DNA from: Elsinoe ampelina
Taxonomy: Eukaryota
Direction: 5' to 3'
DNA: 20,000 bases
Assembly: GCA_010093995.1 (NCBI GenBank)
Contig: ML992508.1
Span: 1,322,254-1,342,253 of the forward strand
The first letter of the stretch is position 1, and the number at the start of each line of letters is the position of its first letter. Of this stretch, positions 18,401 to 20,000 are shown in pieces. The notes under the pieces were generated by a model. That model was not told the DNA's origin. It ran no database searches and saw nothing but the letters and a program-made list of their open reading frames with translations. The position numbers were made by a program, and so were the translations under genes.

Positions 18401-20000
18401 CTCCCCCTCTAGTATAGATTATTAAAGCTAGAGAACTGTCCTATTATATGTAAGTAAAGTAATTAGCTTATTACTTTATCTCTTTATAATTACTTATAAT
18501 TATTAGTGTTAGCTAATTATTAGTAAGAATTTACTATTAGTTTAGCTTATAATTGCTAGTAACAATAGTAACTATTAATAATAGCTAGGTAGCTATTATT
18601 TATATAAATAGACTAGCTTATAAGTCTAAATTAAAGAGATATAAGTATCTAACTAGCCTCTTTATAGTTTTTCCTTTCTTTATTACACTTATAGTAGTAG
18701 CTTTTTCTTTTATATAACACTTTTACCTTCTTACTATACTATATTAATAACACTTATAATATAAGTACTATAGTATAGTAATAGCTAGATATTAGTAGTA
18801 TTACTACTAGTGCTAGTACTCTAAGTAGTCTACTAGGTAGTAGAGGTAGTAGTAAAAAGAGAAATCCTCTATTAAGGTTACCTAGTACTTCTAATATTAA
18901 TTATAATACTACTATAAGACTAATTACTTATCTTAATACTCTTAGTAAGTAGCTATAAAGTATTAATAGTATAAGCTAACATTAATAGCCTAATTAACTT
19001 AGACTTTAACTTAATAGTTAGCCGATATAATCTAGAATACTCTCCTTAGGCTTAGAATAATTAGTTATTATAACTATACTAACTTATATTCTATCTAGAG
19101 GTCTATAGTAGTTTAGGCCTTTAGTACCTATAGTATACACTTAGTAGTTACTAATTCTACTTTAGTTAAGGATCTAACTAAGTAAGTTAACCTTACTAGA
19201 TCTACTAACTACTCTACTACTTTAATAGCTTCTAGTACTACTAGTAAAGTAGTTTACTATAGTACTAATTACTATACTAAGTATTAAGGATCTAACTCTA
19301 GTAATAATTAGAGTAAGAGTAGAGGTAGTAAGTTTAGTAAGTGTATTACTTTACCTAGTTAGCTTAATAAAGCCTATACTTACTATACTTATAGTAACTA
19401 ATATACTAGATATTTCTTAGCTAACTATACTTTAACTCTAAGGCCTATTAGCTCTCCTAAACCTATAAGAACCCTAAGTAGCTTAAGAGTTATTACCTAG
19501 CCTATTCTATATAGCCTAATATACCTACTAATAGAGCTCCTAAGGTCTATCTCTTTTAGTAGTACTTTACCTTAGAGGTTCTTACTAAGGGCCTATATAC
19601 TAGAGGTATTATTAGGTATAGTTAATACCTTAATAACTTATACTAACTCTTGCTACTTTATAGTAGTCCCTATAAACTTTATAGATTCTACTAACCTAAC
19701 CGCTACTAAGGTTTATAACTTAGCTACTATAGTAATAAACTATATAGTAGAGCTTATAAGAATTATAGCTACTAGCTACCCTAGTTAGCTTTCTCCTATT
19801 TATACCTTTATACTAGACCTAGCACTAATAAGGCATAGTAGATCTAGATCTAATACTTCTATAAGGTCTACTAGTAGTAATAAAGGAAGAGGTTCTTCTT
19901 CTATAAAGAAGTAATTTAAGGTAGGGAATAGGTAAAAGTTATTAAAGGTAATAATAGTACTAAGTAGTAGATATAGCTTAGGTATAAGTAGCTAGTAATA
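18259..20000 (-). mobile_element. RIP-degenerated LTR retrotransposon, probably Ty1/copia-like (3' end; continues beyond window)
   Basis: The PPT/LTR junction GAGGGGGAG|TGTTG is typical of copia. From about 18360 the DNA turns very AT-rich, with CpA and TpG almost absent, TpA abundant, stop codons in all frames and no ORFs in the track, which is the RIP signature. No pol motif could be read, so the superfamily call rests on the PPT junction alone. Confidence 0.75.

Noticed and set aside
18411..20000. AT-rich block as organellar insertion, centromere core, CRISPR array or contamination
   Set aside because: Specific loss of CpA/TpG with TpA excess and a flanking LTR/PPT fit RIP of a transposon. 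There are no regular repeat-spacer units and no organellar gene remnants.

Overview
Eukaryotic DNA from a filamentous ascomycete (Pezizomycotina-like: short GT-AG introns with CTRAC branch sites, plus an AT-rich block with the signature of RIP). Positions 1-16.3 kb hold eight closely spaced protein genes: the 3' part of CLU1/TIF31 (+), a two-exon atypical cysteine-dioxygenase-like cupin with a long N-terminal extension (-), a four-exon P-loop/AAA-type ATPase with a predicted membrane anchor (+), a 917-aa uncharacterised protein (+), an ALKBH6-like Fe/2OG dioxygenase (-), a YiiM-type MOSC protein fused to a flavin reductase and 2Fe-2S ferredoxin (-), a Par14/PIN4 parvulin (+) and a ferric reductase (-). 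After about 2 kb of non-coding DNA comes a 142-bp LTR with a polypurine tract, marking the 3' end of a RIP-degenerated copia-like retrotransposon that runs off the window. The most unusual signal is the 614-nt parvulin intron. It carries many nested and local inverted repeats, and near the apex of the fold there is a second CAG acceptor followed by G-G-S-L, the same residues that open the real exon 2, and then a stop codon. This suggests a structured intronic RNA and/or a regulated poison-exon switch. All family calls come from motif recognition by eye; no searches were run.
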